Below, piece after piece: positions 1 to 11,257 of a DNA stretch of 64,000 nt; position 1 is the stretch's first letter; each line of letters starts with the position of its first letter. The position numbers and the translations under genes were made by a program. The notes below the pieces were generated by a model, which was not told the origin of the DNA, did no database searches, and saw nothing but the letters and a program-made list of their open reading frames with translations. This stretch comes from a virus (Duplodnaviria > Caudoviricetes), in the IMG/VR virus record IMGVR_UViG_3300031555_004710, positions 172,672 through 236,671 of that record. One strand, given 5' to 3'.

Positions 1-21
1 AATAAATTAATTTACAAAAAG

Positions 22-393
22 ATGCTATATGATACTGGTAAAATATCGGATGGATATTATACATTTGATGAATTATATCATCATAGAACAATTTTATTTG
101 CAGTAATATGTAGTATGTATAAAGATAGGTGTTGGAAGTCATATCGTCATCATGCACAAGATGGAGATATGTACAAAAATATGTTTATAGTTGGAATTAA
201 CACTCCCACTGGAACTGCAACATATCATGTTGATATTAAATATTGGGATTCTTTTAATGTTCCAATATACATCCATGCTCCTAAATGGGATGGTCATACT
301 CCAGATGAAGCAATTAAAAGAATATCATCACTCATTGGATATGATATAGATAGTGATAAAAAATATCGAGTTATACATAGAAATTTTAATTAA
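22..393 (+). CDS. Hypothetical phage protein (TFDELYHHR...WDGHT type)
   Basis: 123-aa ORF followed by a terminator; YTFDELYHHR and KWDGHT motifs resemble a widespread uncharacterised phage family. Confidence 0.6.
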   Translation: MLYDTGKISDGYYTFDELYHHRTILFAVICSMYKDRCWKSYRHHAQDGDMYKNMFIVGINTPTGTATYHVDIKYWDSFNVPIYIHAPKWDGHTPDEAIKRISSLIGYDIDSDKKYRVIHRNFN

Positions 394-430
394 AAATAGA
401 GAGTGTTTTTAGCACTCTCTATTTTCTTTT
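394..430. terminator. Bidirectional intrinsic terminator
   Basis: AAAATAGAGAGTG...CACTCTCTATTTT inverted repeat between convergent genes. Confidence 0.75.
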
Positions 431-1610
431 AATCAACTATTCGAACGTGATAGTTTCGGTGTAAATTATCAGTTGCCATCTTTGCAGTATGGTCTATTTC
501 AAAATTTAATCCTTCAATATTACTTGGTAATGGGTAATCTGGTATTAAAGTACCATCTCGGTCTTCAGCTATAACACCCTGTACTCTATCATCGGAATCT
601 ACAAGCAATACATATTCTACTCCTCTATCTTCATATTGTAAGAATTTAGAACCATCATTATCAGTAGATATAGAAGAAGTATTATCGTCACTAAAGTATC
701 TTCTTTGGATTTCTTCATCATCCATCTCATCTGATACCATAACTCCATAATCCGATTCATTATCATTTCTTGCTCCAGAAACTCCTCCATATCCACCCAT
801 AGAATTTACTAAGCCGCTTCTAGAACTTGAAAATATACTCTGTAAGGTATTAGCATTAATATCATTACTACCAGCATTTTCTGACTCTTTTCTAGCAGCT
901 TCTTTTTGACGCATATCAAATATACTTTTACGTAAAGCGTTTACTTCTTTAACTATTGATAATTGAGTACTTTGCATAGAGTTCTTTACACTTATCATGT
1001 CAGCTAATGATTTTCCTCCACGACCAGGCACTCTCATTCTTTCAATATCCTTTTGTAAACTTAGTTTATCTTTATCCAATTCCTCATATAAAGCTTTTAA
1101 TCTTTTCTCAGAATCAGCAAATGTTTTTGTAATCTCTGAAGATTCTTTAGAAACTGAACTATCTCTAGCATATTTTCTTCCTAAGCTAATAAGATTATTT
1201 CTCATTTCAGCATCTTCTTCAGCACTAAATAAACTTTCATCATCTAAAAAGTCATCGAACTCATCAGCTGAAGCTAATTGAGCTGATTGAACTAATTTTT
1301 TAGTGGTTTCCATAATTTCATCTACTTTACGTCTATCTTTAGGTCTATAAGAATCTTCCGAATCTCCAAATAAATATTCATATGTTTTTTGTTTTTTACT
1401 CTTTTTAGATTTCTTTTTACTTTTATAACCGGAATCTTTAAGATAGGAATCGATTGATAATTCCCCAAGATTAAAATCAAAAGGTTCATCATCCACTGAA
1501 TCATTTACAACTTCAAAAGAACTTTCGGAATCAGAAATTCCAGATAATTCTTTATCATATTCAAAAGATGATTTTCCTGCTAAAATATTTAGTTTATTAC
1601 TAAGATCCAT
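429..1610 (-). CDS. Hypothetical acidic/coiled-coil protein (putative late)
   Basis: 393-aa ORF, AAAGGAG RBS, AACA-N6-TA motif upstream at 1657-1668. Confidence 0.75.
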   Translation of the reverse strand: MDLSNKLNILAGKSSFEYDKELSGISDSESSFEVVNDSVDDEPFDFNLGELSIDSYLKDSGYKSKKKSKKSKKQKTYEYLFGDSEDSYRPKDRRKVDEIMETTKKLVQSAQLASADEFDDFLDDESLFSAEEDAEMRNNLISLGRKYARDSSVSKESSEITKTFADSEKRLKALYEELDKDKLSLQKDIERMRVPGRGGKSLADMISVKNSMQSTQLSIVKEVNALRKSIFDMRQKEAARKESENAGSNDINANTLQSIFSSSRSGLVNSMGGYGGVSGARNDNESDYGVMVSDEMDDEEIQRRYFSDDNTSSISTDNDGSKFLQYEDRGVEYVLLVDSDDRVQGVIAEDRDGTLIPDYPLPSNIEGLNFEIDHTAKMATDNLHRNYHVRIVD

Positions 1611-1793
1611 ATGTATTCACGCTCCTTTATATAAAACATAAAATCATCTAGTAGGTTAGCGAAATGTTAAACTAAATTCTTTTTTGTATTATCTTATTTT
1701 AAGAAGTTTTTAATACGAATCTTTCTATTATGTATTTTTTATATGATATAAGATAAATTAATTGATTACATTGAAATAACATTTGATGTAAAC

Positions 1794-3680
1794 GTGAAAG
1801 GAGAAATGATTATGAAATTTTTACCATTAGAGTTAGTGCGTCCACATCTAATACCATTAAATATTGTATACTATAATCCAGTATCTAATGGTGGTACTTT
1901 TTCAGACCCAGATGTATTAACGATAACCTATAAAGACCAAGATTCTGGTCAAAAATTTGTATATGACCTTAAAGAACCAAAAATTGAAATATTTATAGTT
2001 AAACCAGAACATCGAACTTTTAATCACATGAGAGATATGATTACAATGGAAGTATGCGATAAATACACTGTTCCATATAAATCAAGATGGGGTTTTGCTG
2101 CTAAGAAATTAGGTTTAGCAAGCGCCGATGAAGCTAAAGCTTCACCTTATGTATTTAATGCCGATTTACCAATCGAGACATATTATTTGATTCAATTTGT
2201 TATGGAATATTATTCTGATTCTCCAAAAGCTCTTTCATTAGGAAAACTGGATATAGAAAATGATATCATAGCATGTGAAGATTTTCCATTACATGGTGAA
2301 ACTCCAATAAATGCAGTAACATATATCAATATGGAATCAAATGATGTATATACCTTAGTTCTATTAAAAGATAACCTCCCATTATTACCAGAAGGACATA
2401 AAAAATATCAAGAGTATAAAGAATTAAAAGAAAAATTCTATGATCAAGTTGATAAGTTAAATTCAAATCCAGAATATATGGTACAACAATGCCATGAAAA
2501 GTTTGATGAAATGTATCCTGGAATGAAGTATAATCTTTTATATTATACTGAGGAACTACAATTATTAAAAGATTTAATGTATATAATTCATAGTACAGAT
2601 AATGATTATATTGGTATCTGGAATATGCCTTACGATATGCAAAATATAATTGCTAGACCTTCTCATATTGGTGGAGATGCTTTAGAACTTATTCCCGATG
2701 AAAGATTTTCTTTAAAGATGGTATCATTTAAAGAAGATACAAATCCTGTTGCACATAAGCGTCGTCATCAATGTACAACTTCAACTATTCCAACCTTTGT
2801 AGATGATATGGTTCATTATGCAGGTATACGTTCTGGTGGTGGAGTTATTCCGTCATTGAAACTTAATAATGTTGCTAAAACTGAATTGAAAGATGAAAAG
2901 TATGACTATAGTGAAGTAAGTGATATTAAACATCTTTTCTATGACGATTTAGAAAAATTTATCTTATATAATATCAAGGACGTTCTCTTGCTAGTCGGAC
3001 TTGAAAATAAATCAAAAGATACAAACACAATTTATTCTCGTATGTATCAAATGTGTGTATTTCCTAAAGAAGCTTTCACAACTACTAAAGTTGTATGGCA
3101 TTCATTGATAAAGTTTATGTATGAACGTGGATATGTGCCTGGTACAAATAGAAATAAAGGTAAGAATAAAAAGAATATTATTGACTATTCTTCCGCTTTA
3201 AGTAATCAATTAAGTGACGATATTGATGATTTTGAAGAAAGTTTATTTATAGTGGATGAACCGGATTTAGAATCAGAAGGCGATGAAGAAAAAGAAGAAA
3301 AATATCAGGGTGCTTTTGTAATGAATACATTACATATGCAACCAACTAATGTTAAAATAATGGGAAAACCTGCAAAGTATATACACGATAATGTAGCTGA
3401 CCTCGACATTGGGTCAGAATACCCCAGTGCAATTAATACCTGTGATATATCTAATGAAACTTTAGTTGCTAAAGTTTATTTAGAAAATCCTGATGATGTA
3501 GATATTAAAATTCCTGAAGGATTTGTGTTTCGTGGTGATGATAGAGAAAAATATAAGATGGATAAAGGAAATTATCTATTGGAAACTTACACCGAAGGAG
3601 ACATATTTAATTTTAGTAACATCTTCTTAGGACTTCCCACTCCAGATAAAATCTTAAATGAAATTCAAGATTTAATTTAA
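1794..3680 (+). CDS. Family-B DNA polymerase, N-terminal part (3'-5' exonuclease plus motif A)
   Basis: ExoI DIEND, ExoII WNMPYD, ExoIII YNIKD, YQGAFV and motif A DLDIGSEYPS; no motif B or C. True start probably the ATG near 1812 after AAAGGAG. Confidence 0.85.
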   Translation: MKGEMIMKFLPLELVRPHLIPLNIVYYNPVSNGGTFSDPDVLTITYKDQDSGQKFVYDLKEPKIEIFIVKPEHRTFNHMRDMITMEVCDKYTVPYKSRWGFAAKKLGLASADEAKASPYVFNADLPIETYYLIQFVMEYYSDSPKALSLGKLDIENDIIACEDFPLHGETPINAVTYINMESNDVYTLVLLKDNLPLLPEGHKKYQEYKELKEKFYDQVDKLNSNPEYMVQQCHEKFDEMYPGMKYNLLYYTEELQLLKDLMYIIHSTDNDYIGIWNMPYDMQNIIARPSHIGGDALELIPDERFSLKMVSFKEDTNPVAHKRRHQCTTSTIPTFVDDMVHYAGIRSGGGVIPSLKLNNVAKTELKDEKYDYSEVSDIKHLFYDDLEKFILYNIKDVLLLVGLENKSKDTNTIYSRMYQMCVFPKEAFTTTKVVWHSLIKFMYERGYVPGTNRNKGKNKKNIIDYSSALSNQLSDDIDDFEESLFIVDEPDLESEGDEEKEEKYQGAFVMNTLHMQPTNVKIMGKPAKYIHDNVADLDIGSEYPSAINTCDISNETLVAKVYLENPDDVDIKIPEGFVFRGDDREKYKMDKGNYLLETYTEGDIFNFSNIFLGLPTPDKILNEIQDLI

Positions 3681-3682
3681 AT

Positions 3683-3712
3683 ATAGATGAGGTAAATATT
3701 TACCTCATCTAT
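3683..3712. terminator. Perfect-palindrome terminator
   Basis: ATAGATGAGGTAAATATTTACCTCATCTAT followed by a T-run. Confidence 0.75.
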
Positions 3713-3777
3713 TTATTTTTTTCTATATTTAATGATTTTAACAAATTCTTAAAGTCTATGAATGATAACTATTAAAT

Positions 3778-6700
3778 ATGAAAGGATGTGTTTTTATCAT
3801 GGCAATGCCAATTACTAAAGCACGTAAAGAACGTATTGATGTTTTAAATCAAGATATTGATACTAAACTTTCTGAAATTAAATCTACATATGAAAATAGT
3901 GGTTTTGGTTTTGATGCAGTTGCTGCAAATGGATTTAGTAGATCTAATTTAGTACAAGATTTAAATAATAACGTACATGGTATAGCAGTTCCTGAAGAAT
4001 CCGAAATTATATCTTTAGGAAATGTAAACGGATATGAAACTGTAAATGCATTTCCACTTAAAGGTAATTGTAAAAATGGAGTTAAATATGCTGACCCAAA
4101 TAACCCTGCTGAAGTTTATGTAGAAAATAACAGTAATACATTAGTAACTGATAGAGCTGATGAAAATTTAGATATCGATCGTTGGACTTCAAGAACTATA
4201 TTTAAATTCAAATCTGAGAACTATGGATATGATAGATGTGTTTATGTCATTCCAATTGCTGATTTAGCAAATGGATTTATTATTAATAGCGAAAAAGATA
4301 CTCCGCATGGAAATACATTAAAGAATTATCCATATCCAGAAGAAATTATTATGACTTCTCAAAAAACTGAGAAGAATTTTATTCATTTTATAAATGTCCA
4401 ATATACAGATAGTCACTATGGACATTTTAATGGAAGAAATTACAATTTAATGATTGTAAAAAATAGAACTAGATATGGAGTATTAGATGAATCTGGAAAT
4501 AGTTTTAAAGAATATACAAGTGTATATGCAAATGATATAGAAACTGAATTAGCATATGTAGATAACGGATATTTATATTTACCAGTTCCAAGTCCAGCAT
4601 TTGGTGAAGAGATGTTAGATACTCTATGGGATTGTAGAGTTATATGGAGAAGAGATATTCCAGATAGAAATATTTCTATTAACTTAGAGATCAATTCGGA
4701 TTCCAGAGATATTTATGCTAATTGGAAGGATGTTGTAGTTGAGTCTGAAGGAAGATTTTGGGACTCTATATGCTATGGTGATGGAAAATTCGTAGCTATT
4801 GGAAGTACTACTAATCTTACTGATGATACGATATGTGCTTATTCTACAGATTGTATAAATTGGACAGTGACCACAGTGAGTAGTAATAAAAGAATATCGA
4901 GTGACATATGCTATGGTGGTGGAAAATTCGTAGCTATTGGTTCAGGTACGACATTTGCTTATTCTACAGATTGTATAAATTGGACAGAAATTACTGTAAG
5001 TAATACATTTAACCTTTGGTCTTCTATATGCTATGGTGGTGGAAAATTCGTAGCTATTTGTTCAGGTACGACATTTGCTTATTCTACAAATGGTATAAAA
5101 TGGACAGAAATTACTGTATGTAATACAGAGGTATTAGTATGGAAAACCATATGTTATGGTGATGGAAAATTCGTAGCTCTTTCATCTAATCCAAATCTAT
5201 TTGTTTATTCTACGAATGGTATAAATTGGACGGAAGGTACTATAGGTAATATACGTAAATATTGGTCTTCCATATGTTATGGTGATGGAAAATTCGTAGC
5301 TATATCGAGTGGCAATGATTCTAATTCTAGCATAATATTTGCTTATTCTACTGACGGTATTAATTGGACAGAATATACAATAGAATCTGCAGTTAGATTC
5401 TGGGACTCTATATGCTATGGTGATGGAAAATTCGTAGCTATCGCAAATTATTCCCCAAATAAACAATTTATATTTGCTTATTCGACTGACGGTATTAATT
5501 GGACAGAAGGTTCAATGAGTATATATACTACTGGTTGGAAGTCTATATGTTATGGTGATGGGAAATTTGTATCTGTGGGAGCATACCATCCATTCACCTA
5601 TATTAATAGTGATGAAATTAATAGATTTGATGATGTTAATAGTATGCAAATCATCGATGATAGAATTCATTTAGGTTTTGGAAATAAAGATTATATTGCA
5701 TATAATAGAAGTTCCAATCTCAATTTAACTGGAGAATATTACGACATTGTAAATTCAATTATTGATGGTAGGTGTGTTATCACTGATGATGGGACTATAA
5801 AGATTGCACCTCTATTTAATGATAGTTATAATTTGATTCAGCCACTTCAAGATGATAGATTTGAATACTATTGGGGTGTAGGTTGCCCTAATCAAATATT
5901 TAAAATTTCCGATAATAATTATCTCGGTTTTTATTATAAATATTGTGATCATATAGGTGATGATTACATTGATGAAGTAACTCAATTATATTGGGGTATT
6001 TTTGATTCTAGCATGAGAACTATAAATCCCGTGCCATCCGATGATAGTCATATTCCTGAACCATATCCATGCCAATATTATTCATCAGAATTTATGAATA
6101 CTGGAAAAATAATAAAAGTATTTAGAGATAATATCAATGAAGTTACACAGAAATCTTCCTATTTAGTATTTGCTCAAAGAGGAATATATAGATTTAATTT
6201 CTGTATGACGGGGATAGATGCGATAGAACTTACATCAATAGAAACTATACTTACACTCGAATCTAAATATAACCGTTATACATTGTATGATATTGAACGA
6301 ATCTCAGATAGTGAATTTTATTTTATTTATGATATCGAATGTGTTAAGGTAGATATTATTGATAAAACGATGAGTCATATTTGTTCATTGGCAAATATAC
6401 TATTTGGTAGAACTTGTATTGCAGATCTTGGGCTTGGTGAATCAAATATCCAAAGATATTTATATGATAGTAATCAATTGATTATACCAAATAATAGCTA
6501 CTACGATACTGCATTAATTGAATCTGATAGCAAAATTAAATATAAATATGGTATATTTAAAAATGAGAAATATGAACCAATATTACACAAATTAGTAGAG
6601 AAATTTAGTTTCGATAAAGAACTTATGCAGCCTCCGTCGTATTGGATAAGTAGAGAATATACTATAAGCACATCATATAAATATAATGATATCTCTTATA

Positions 6701-7503
6701 GTGATGACAGGTTTATTGCTAAGAATCCTAATCGTAATACATTTGCTTATTCTACCGATGGTATTAATTGGATGGAAAATGAAGTTATTATGAGTGACAA
6801 TCTCAATACAACCTATTCTAGCATATGTTATGGTAATGGTAAGTATGTAGCAAGTAGATATACCGATAATATAGTATACTCTACTGATGGCATTAATTGG
6901 ATAGAAGTATCATTAGATAATTTCGGTGGAAGTTGGAATGACGTATGTTATGGAGATGGTAAATTTGTAGTAGTAGGGGATGCTGCTGGTGCAATAATTG
7001 CTTACTCTACCGATGGTATTAATTGGACACATGCTAGCACTGGTGCTGCTAATCTTAGCTATATAAAATACTGTGATGGTAAATTTATGTCAATCGATGA
7101 TACCAATAATCTCGTATATTCTGATGATGGTATTAATTGGAATTGGCATGAAATGGATATATCTATACCAGTTATCTATGATATGTGCTATGGAGATGGT
7201 AAATTTGTTGCAATTGGATGGGAAGATGACCAGAGTACCGAACCGTGGGGAACAACATCTTTTCTAACATATTCGACTGATGGTAGTACTTGGACAACTG
7301 TCTATATAGATATAGGTATTGAATGGGATTCTATATGCTATGGGGATGGTAAATTTGTAGTAGATAAGGGTTATTATTCTATCGATGGTATTAATTGGAT
7401 GCAGACTGGTACTACTTCACTAAATAGTATCTGTTACGGCAATGATAAATTTGTAGGAGTTAATTATAATTCATCTAAATCCACATTACTAATAGATTTT
7501 TAA
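3778..7503 (+). CDS. Large beta-propeller repeat protein, putative tail/receptor-binding protein
   Basis: Two blocks of seven W-x-S-I-C-Y-G-D-G-K-F-V / Y-S-T-D-G-I-N-W (Asp-box-like) repeats; late-type promoter motif at 3740-3751. Confidence 0.65.
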   Translation: MKGCVFIMAMPITKARKERIDVLNQDIDTKLSEIKSTYENSGFGFDAVAANGFSRSNLVQDLNNNVHGIAVPEESEIISLGNVNGYETVNAFPLKGNCKNGVKYADPNNPAEVYVENNSNTLVTDRADENLDIDRWTSRTIFKFKSENYGYDRCVYVIPIADLANGFIINSEKDTPHGNTLKNYPYPEEIIMTSQKTEKNFIHFINVQYTDSHYGHFNGRNYNLMIVKNRTRYGVLDESGNSFKEYTSVYANDIETELAYVDNGYLYLPVPSPAFGEEMLDTLWDCRVIWRRDIPDRNISINLEINSDSRDIYANWKDVVVESEGRFWDSICYGDGKFVAIGSTTNLTDDTICAYSTDCINWTVTTVSSNKRISSDICYGGGKFVAIGSGTTFAYSTDCINWTEITVSNTFNLWSSICYGGGKFVAICSGTTFAYSTNGIKWTEITVCNTEVLVWKTICYGDGKFVALSSNPNLFVYSTNGINWTEGTIGNIRKYWSSICYGDGKFVAISSGNDSNSSIIFAYSTDGINWTEYTIESAVRFWDSICYGDGKFVAIANYSPNKQFIFAYSTDGINWTEGSMSIYTTGWKSICYGDGKFVSVGAYHPFTYINSDEINRFDDVNSMQIIDDRIHLGFGNKDYIAYNRSSNLNLTGEYYDIVNSIIDGRCVITDDGTIKIAPLFNDSYNLIQPLQDDRFEYYWGVGCPNQIFKISDNNYLGFYYKYCDHIGDDYIDEVTQLYWGIFDSSMRTINPVPSDDSHIPEPYPCQYYSSEFMNTGKIIKVFRDNINEVTQKSSYLVFAQRGIYRFNFCMTGIDAIELTSIETILTLESKYNRYTLYDIERISDSEFYFIYDIECVKVDIIDKTMSHICSLANILFGRTCIADLGLGESNIQRYLYDSNQLIIPNNSYYDTALIESDSKIKYKYGIFKNEKYEPILHKLVEKFSFDKELMQPPSYWISREYTISTSYKYNDISYSDDRFIAKNPNRNTFAYSTDGINWMENEVIMSDNLNTTYSSICYGNGKYVASRYTDNIVYSTDGINWIEVSLDNFGGSWNDVCYGDGKFVVVGDAAGAIIAYSTDGINWTHASTGAANLSYIKYCDGKFMSIDDTNNLVYSDDGINWNWHEMDISIPVIYDMCYGDGKFVAIGWEDDQSTEPWGTTSFLTYSTDGSTWTTVYIDIGIEWDSICYGDGKFVVDKGYYSIDGINWMQTGTTSLNSICYGNDKFVGVNYNSSKSTLLIDF
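4755..5580 (+). repeat. Tandem coding repeats (7 units, about 120-140 bp)
   Basis: Near-identical ATATGYTATGGTGRTGGAAAATTCGTAGCT and GCTTATTCTAC...ATAAATTGGAC cores. Confidence 0.85.
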
Positions 7504-7766
7504 TACTAACTTATATTCATATATTATACATTCAATAATAGCAGAGAGATCATAATGGATAAATTCAGATAAAATCTTAATATACTTATAGTTTCACTAT
7601 CTATTTTACATTAATTTATCTTTTATAATAATCTTTGTGATATTATTTAATTCTATAAATACTTTTAAAATAAATATAAATATATAGCGAGAGTTTAACT
7701 CTCGCTATATATGCTTTTTTATTTAAGTTTTATTCATGTATTATTTTTATGAGGTGATATTATATT

Positions 7767-8135
7767 ATGAAAATTTTTAGATATTATTATAATAAGACAA
7801 AAACTTTTAGAAAAGCTGGTTTTCTTACTAGAGTTGGTGATATAATAGAATTTCATGAAAATCATCGAGATATATTAGAAGCATTGACAAAATATTTTGA
7901 TGATGAATTACCATTTCCAGATGATCGATTATTTGATTTAAGCAGAAATGGTATTAGAATGACAAGTTGGTTTACTTCTGTTGGTAATGAGAAATTCAAA
8001 CTTCATATTTCTAGAATAAATAAATATATTAAGAAGAGATTTAATCAAAATATGATTTGTAATGTGAAAGATATTTCAGAAAATAATAAAGATATTCTTT
8101 ATCAGGATAAGTATCAAGTTACATTAAAAGAATAG
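7767..8135 (+). CDS. Hypothetical protein (putative early)
   Basis: GAGGTG RBS, promoter motif at 7737-7751, terminators on both sides. Confidence 0.7.
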   Translation: MKIFRYYYNKTKTFRKAGFLTRVGDIIEFHENHRDILEALTKYFDDELPFPDDRLFDLSRNGIRMTSWFTSVGNEKFKLHISRINKYIKKRFNQNMICNVKDISENNKDILYQDKYQVTLKE

Positions 8136-8265
8136 AAGATAATTGATATCTTCTATTCTTTTTTATTTTTAATTTAACTTATAAGTAATTGATTTAATAC
8201 CTAGATTTTTTTAATCGGCTTGGTATTAATATATTATTTTTATGTAATAGAAAGGAGTTGCTAAT

Positions 8266-9141
8266 ATGCAAGGGAACATAAAAGGAAAATTTAAAGTAAT
8301 AACACTTTGCGGTTCAAGTAAATTCAAGAAAGAATTTATAGAAGTTGCAGAAAAACTTTCATTGGAAGGAAATATTGTAATTTCATTAGGATTATTTGGT
8401 CATGCTGATAATAAGTTTGCTACAGTGATAACTGATGATGTTAAAGCAATGCTTGACGCAGCGCATAAACAAAAAATTGAAATGTCTGATGCAATTTATG
8501 TAATAAATCCAGGAGGATATATAGGAGACTCAACTAGAAGTGAAATAGGTTATGCAATTAATCTTGGAAAAGAAGTTCATTTCTTAGAACCAATAAAAAG
8601 TATTCAAAAAATCGGTGATATATATAAAGTTATTACTGATAATGATACTCTTGATTCACCTGGAGATCCTATGAATAATGATATTATTACGTATAAAATA
8701 GATGATTTTAAGTATTTTGATGATTTATGTTCATTCTATAGAAATACACCAAAAGAAGAAGTTATAGATAAAAATCTTTTATTTAGAATAACTGCATCTG
8801 GTGGATATGATTATCGTAATAAATATATCGAAGAAGACGATCTTATAAAACCAATTATTGTAGATGGTTTATTGACTTGGATTAAAATACCATTATCATT
8901 TGATGGATTATCATTGTCGACTAGTTTCAAAGACCTTTGTGAAACATTTAATCCACATATACACATGGCTAAATTTGGTAAAGTTTATCAAATTATAAAG
9001 GGTGGAGGAAAAGATTATTATGGTGAGCCTATAATGGATGGTGATTATTTAACATATCATGATACTAAAAAAGGAGTTTATGCATGGAGTAAACTCCACA
9101 GTAAATTATTGGAGGTAATACAAAATGAGCAAATCAAATAA
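8266..9141 (+). CDS. Protein with N-terminal nucleoside deoxyribosyltransferase-like (DUF4406-type) domain
   Basis: ITLCGSSKFK...HKQKIEMSDAIYVINPGGYIGDSTRSEIGYA pattern; promoter motif at 8230-8244. Confidence 0.55.
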   Translation: MQGNIKGKFKVITLCGSSKFKKEFIEVAEKLSLEGNIVISLGLFGHADNKFATVITDDVKAMLDAAHKQKIEMSDAIYVINPGGYIGDSTRSEIGYAINLGKEVHFLEPIKSIQKIGDIYKVITDNDTLDSPGDPMNNDIITYKIDDFKYFDDLCSFYRNTPKEEVIDKNLLFRITASGGYDYRNKYIEEDDLIKPIIVDGLLTWIKIPLSFDGLSLSTSFKDLCETFNPHIHMAKFGKVYQIIKGGGKDYYGEPIMDGDYLTYHDTKKGVYAWSKLHSKLLEVIQNEQIK

Positions 9142-10415
9142 ATGTAATATAGAATACGTTAGAGTAGAAAAGATACCACTTGACTTAGAGTGTTGGCATG
9201 ATATTGCTACTGGCAATGGTATTAGACTTACTTCAGTTGAATCTTTTGATAAAAAGAATCAGAAGATATATAGAGGGCTTCAGTCAGAATTCTTTGGTTC
9301 AGACTTTTCATCAGACTGGGCTTTTAAAGAAAGATATAGTTGTAAATGTGGAAAATATATGGCTAAAGCATATTCTGGAATGGTATGTGATTTCTGTGGC
9401 ACTAAAGTAGAATATCACGATATTGACCTTAAGAAAACTGGATGGGTAATTCTTGATAAGTTCGAAGTTCTTTCTCCTATATATTCGGCAAAACTTACAG
9501 AAGCGTTAGGTAAGGCTGATGGAGAATCTGTACTTAGAATGATACTTAATCGTAGATATCATGAAGAAGGGGTAATTGAGTACTCTGAAAAAGAATTAAC
9601 AAACATAAAGAAGCATCCATTTTCTCAAAGAGGTATGCAGTGGCTTAGAGAGAATATAATGGAAGTATTAGACTTCTACGAAAAGAGAAAACCTGGTAAA
9701 CAAAAACTCTTTGAAGAACTTAGAAATGAACAGGCTAATATGTGGACACATTCTATTCCTATTTACAGTTCTCTTTTAAGAACAGAACTTCCTGGAGAAA
9801 AAGGTTCTAAAAACTTTAAGCTTAAAGTAAACACTCATTTCAAATCAATCATTCGATTAGTAAATGCAATTAATGATATAGACCCAGATGATATGGATTA
9901 TATCACATTAAATTCTATAGATATATATCTTGCAGGAATTCAAAAAGAAATAGACCAAGTATTTGATGTTACTTTTAAAGACCTTACAGATAAAACTGGT
10001 ATTATAACAAGTAAGATACTCGGTGGAAGATATAACTTTAGTTCAAGAGATATTATAGTTCCTGATAGTGGAACTTTAAGGTCTGATGAAGTTATAATAG
10101 GATATATACCATTTCTTGAATTATATAGATATGAAATTCAGAATGAATATAGAAAAATACATGGCTGTACTCCAGCACAAGCAAATACTGCTTGGAAAAG
10201 AGCGACTAATCATTTCGATCCTAAGATTTATGCTATAATAGAGCATATGGTTAATGACCCTGAATATAGAAGATATTTAGGTGTATTGATTAACAGAAAT
10301 CCTAGTATAAACTATGGATCATTTGATTATGTTAAAATCGTTGGTGTTAAGAAAGATATCTCGGATAAAACTCTTACAATACCAACACACATAATAGTTC
10401 CAATGAATGCCGACT
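9125..10415 (+). CDS. RNA polymerase beta'-like subunit, N-terminal part (putative non-virion RNAP), exon 1
   Basis: Zn finger CKCG...CDFC, GGRYNFSSR, NRNPSI, ends at PMNAD; joined to exon 2 it gives NADFDGD (spliced product 488 aa). Confidence 0.9.
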
Positions 10416-10742
10416 TAACAAATCCGTTGAGGTCGGGTACAGTAGTAATATTGTACATGTATCTAGGTGAACGCTTAACCAGCGGTGTCTATTCTATAGG
10501 CTAACGGTAGAAGTTAGATAAGCATTATAGATGTCGAATACGCTTCGTAAGAAAAGCTACGGTCCATTTATAATATGGATAGCAGCCAATACCGTGCCAA
10601 GCTTCTATATACATATAGTTGAAGGTGTAGAGACTAATTATTAGGATATATGATGGAAAGCATATATTCGAAGCGCCTAGCTCCTATGTAAATAGGATGA
10701 AGATATAGTCCACATATTATTGAAAAATAGTAATTATTATTG
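10416..10742 (+). mobile_element. Group I self-splicing intron without ORF (327 nt)
   Basis: Exon ends in U paired with G in P1 (CCGACU/GGUCGG); R element GTAGAGACTA and S element AAGATATAGTCC form P7; terminal G at 10742; removal restores GAC TTC GAT GGC GAT. Confidence 0.93.
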
Positions 10743-10918
10743 TCGATGGCGATTTGCTTAATGTATTTCGTATTATTGGAATGGATTTCCAGAAACGATT
10801 TGAGAAAAATATGAATCCAAGATACAATTTATTTGTATCCAGAGCAGATGGTAAAGTTAACAAAGAGGTCGTACCAGTTAAGGATGAGCTTGTCTGTTTC
10901 TGGGCATTTAATAATTAA
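10743..10918 (+). CDS. RNA polymerase beta'-like subunit, exon 2 (missed by ORF track)
   Basis: Reads (F)DGDLLNVFRIIGMDFQKRFEKNMNPRYNLFVSRADGKVNKEVVPVKDELVCFWAFNN*, followed by a hairpin. Confidence 0.9.
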
Positions 10919-10987
10919 TAAACTAATTTCCAAGTATGTATTTATTTACATACTTGGAAATAAATATTTGTTAAGAGGTGATTTTTA

Positions 10988-11245
10988 ATGTTCATGAAAT
11001 ATACTGGTCCTAATATTGTAGATCATGAATTAGTAAATGGTAAAATATATGATGTCGATAATAGATGGAACTGGCATTATCGTCATATGTCACGTATCAA
11101 GGGGACTGAGGTATGGGTAAATAGAAAATTCTTAAAGCCTCTATATCTTAGATCATCATTATTGCATCTTATAGTAAAATTTATATTAAAGTTATTAATA
11201 GCTACTATATTGGTAACTATTATTCGTAAATTATTTATTAATTAA
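10988..11245 (+). CDS. Small protein with hydrophobic C-terminus
   Basis: GAGGTG RBS; C-terminal TM-like stretch. Confidence 0.65.
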   Translation: MFMKYTGPNIVDHELVNGKIYDVDNRWNWHYRHMSRIKGTEVWVNRKFLKPLYLRSSLLHLIVKFILKLLIATILVTIIRKLFIN

Positions 11246-11257
11246 GGAGGGAGTTTT

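Noticed and set aside
4755-5580. CRISPR array or diversity-generating retroelement
   Set aside because: Repeats are in-frame protein repeats; no cas genes, reverse transcriptase or adenine-specific TR/VR pair in the window
7504-7680. AT-rich gap with TATATTAT and mini-ORF MDKFR
   Set aside because: Promoter motif lacks the TG at the expected distance, and no structure or convincing RBS is seen
10416-10504. C-terminal 29 aa of ORF 9125..10504 (LTNPLRSG...)
   Set aside because: Read-through into the group I intron; the true C-terminus is exon 2 at 10743-10918
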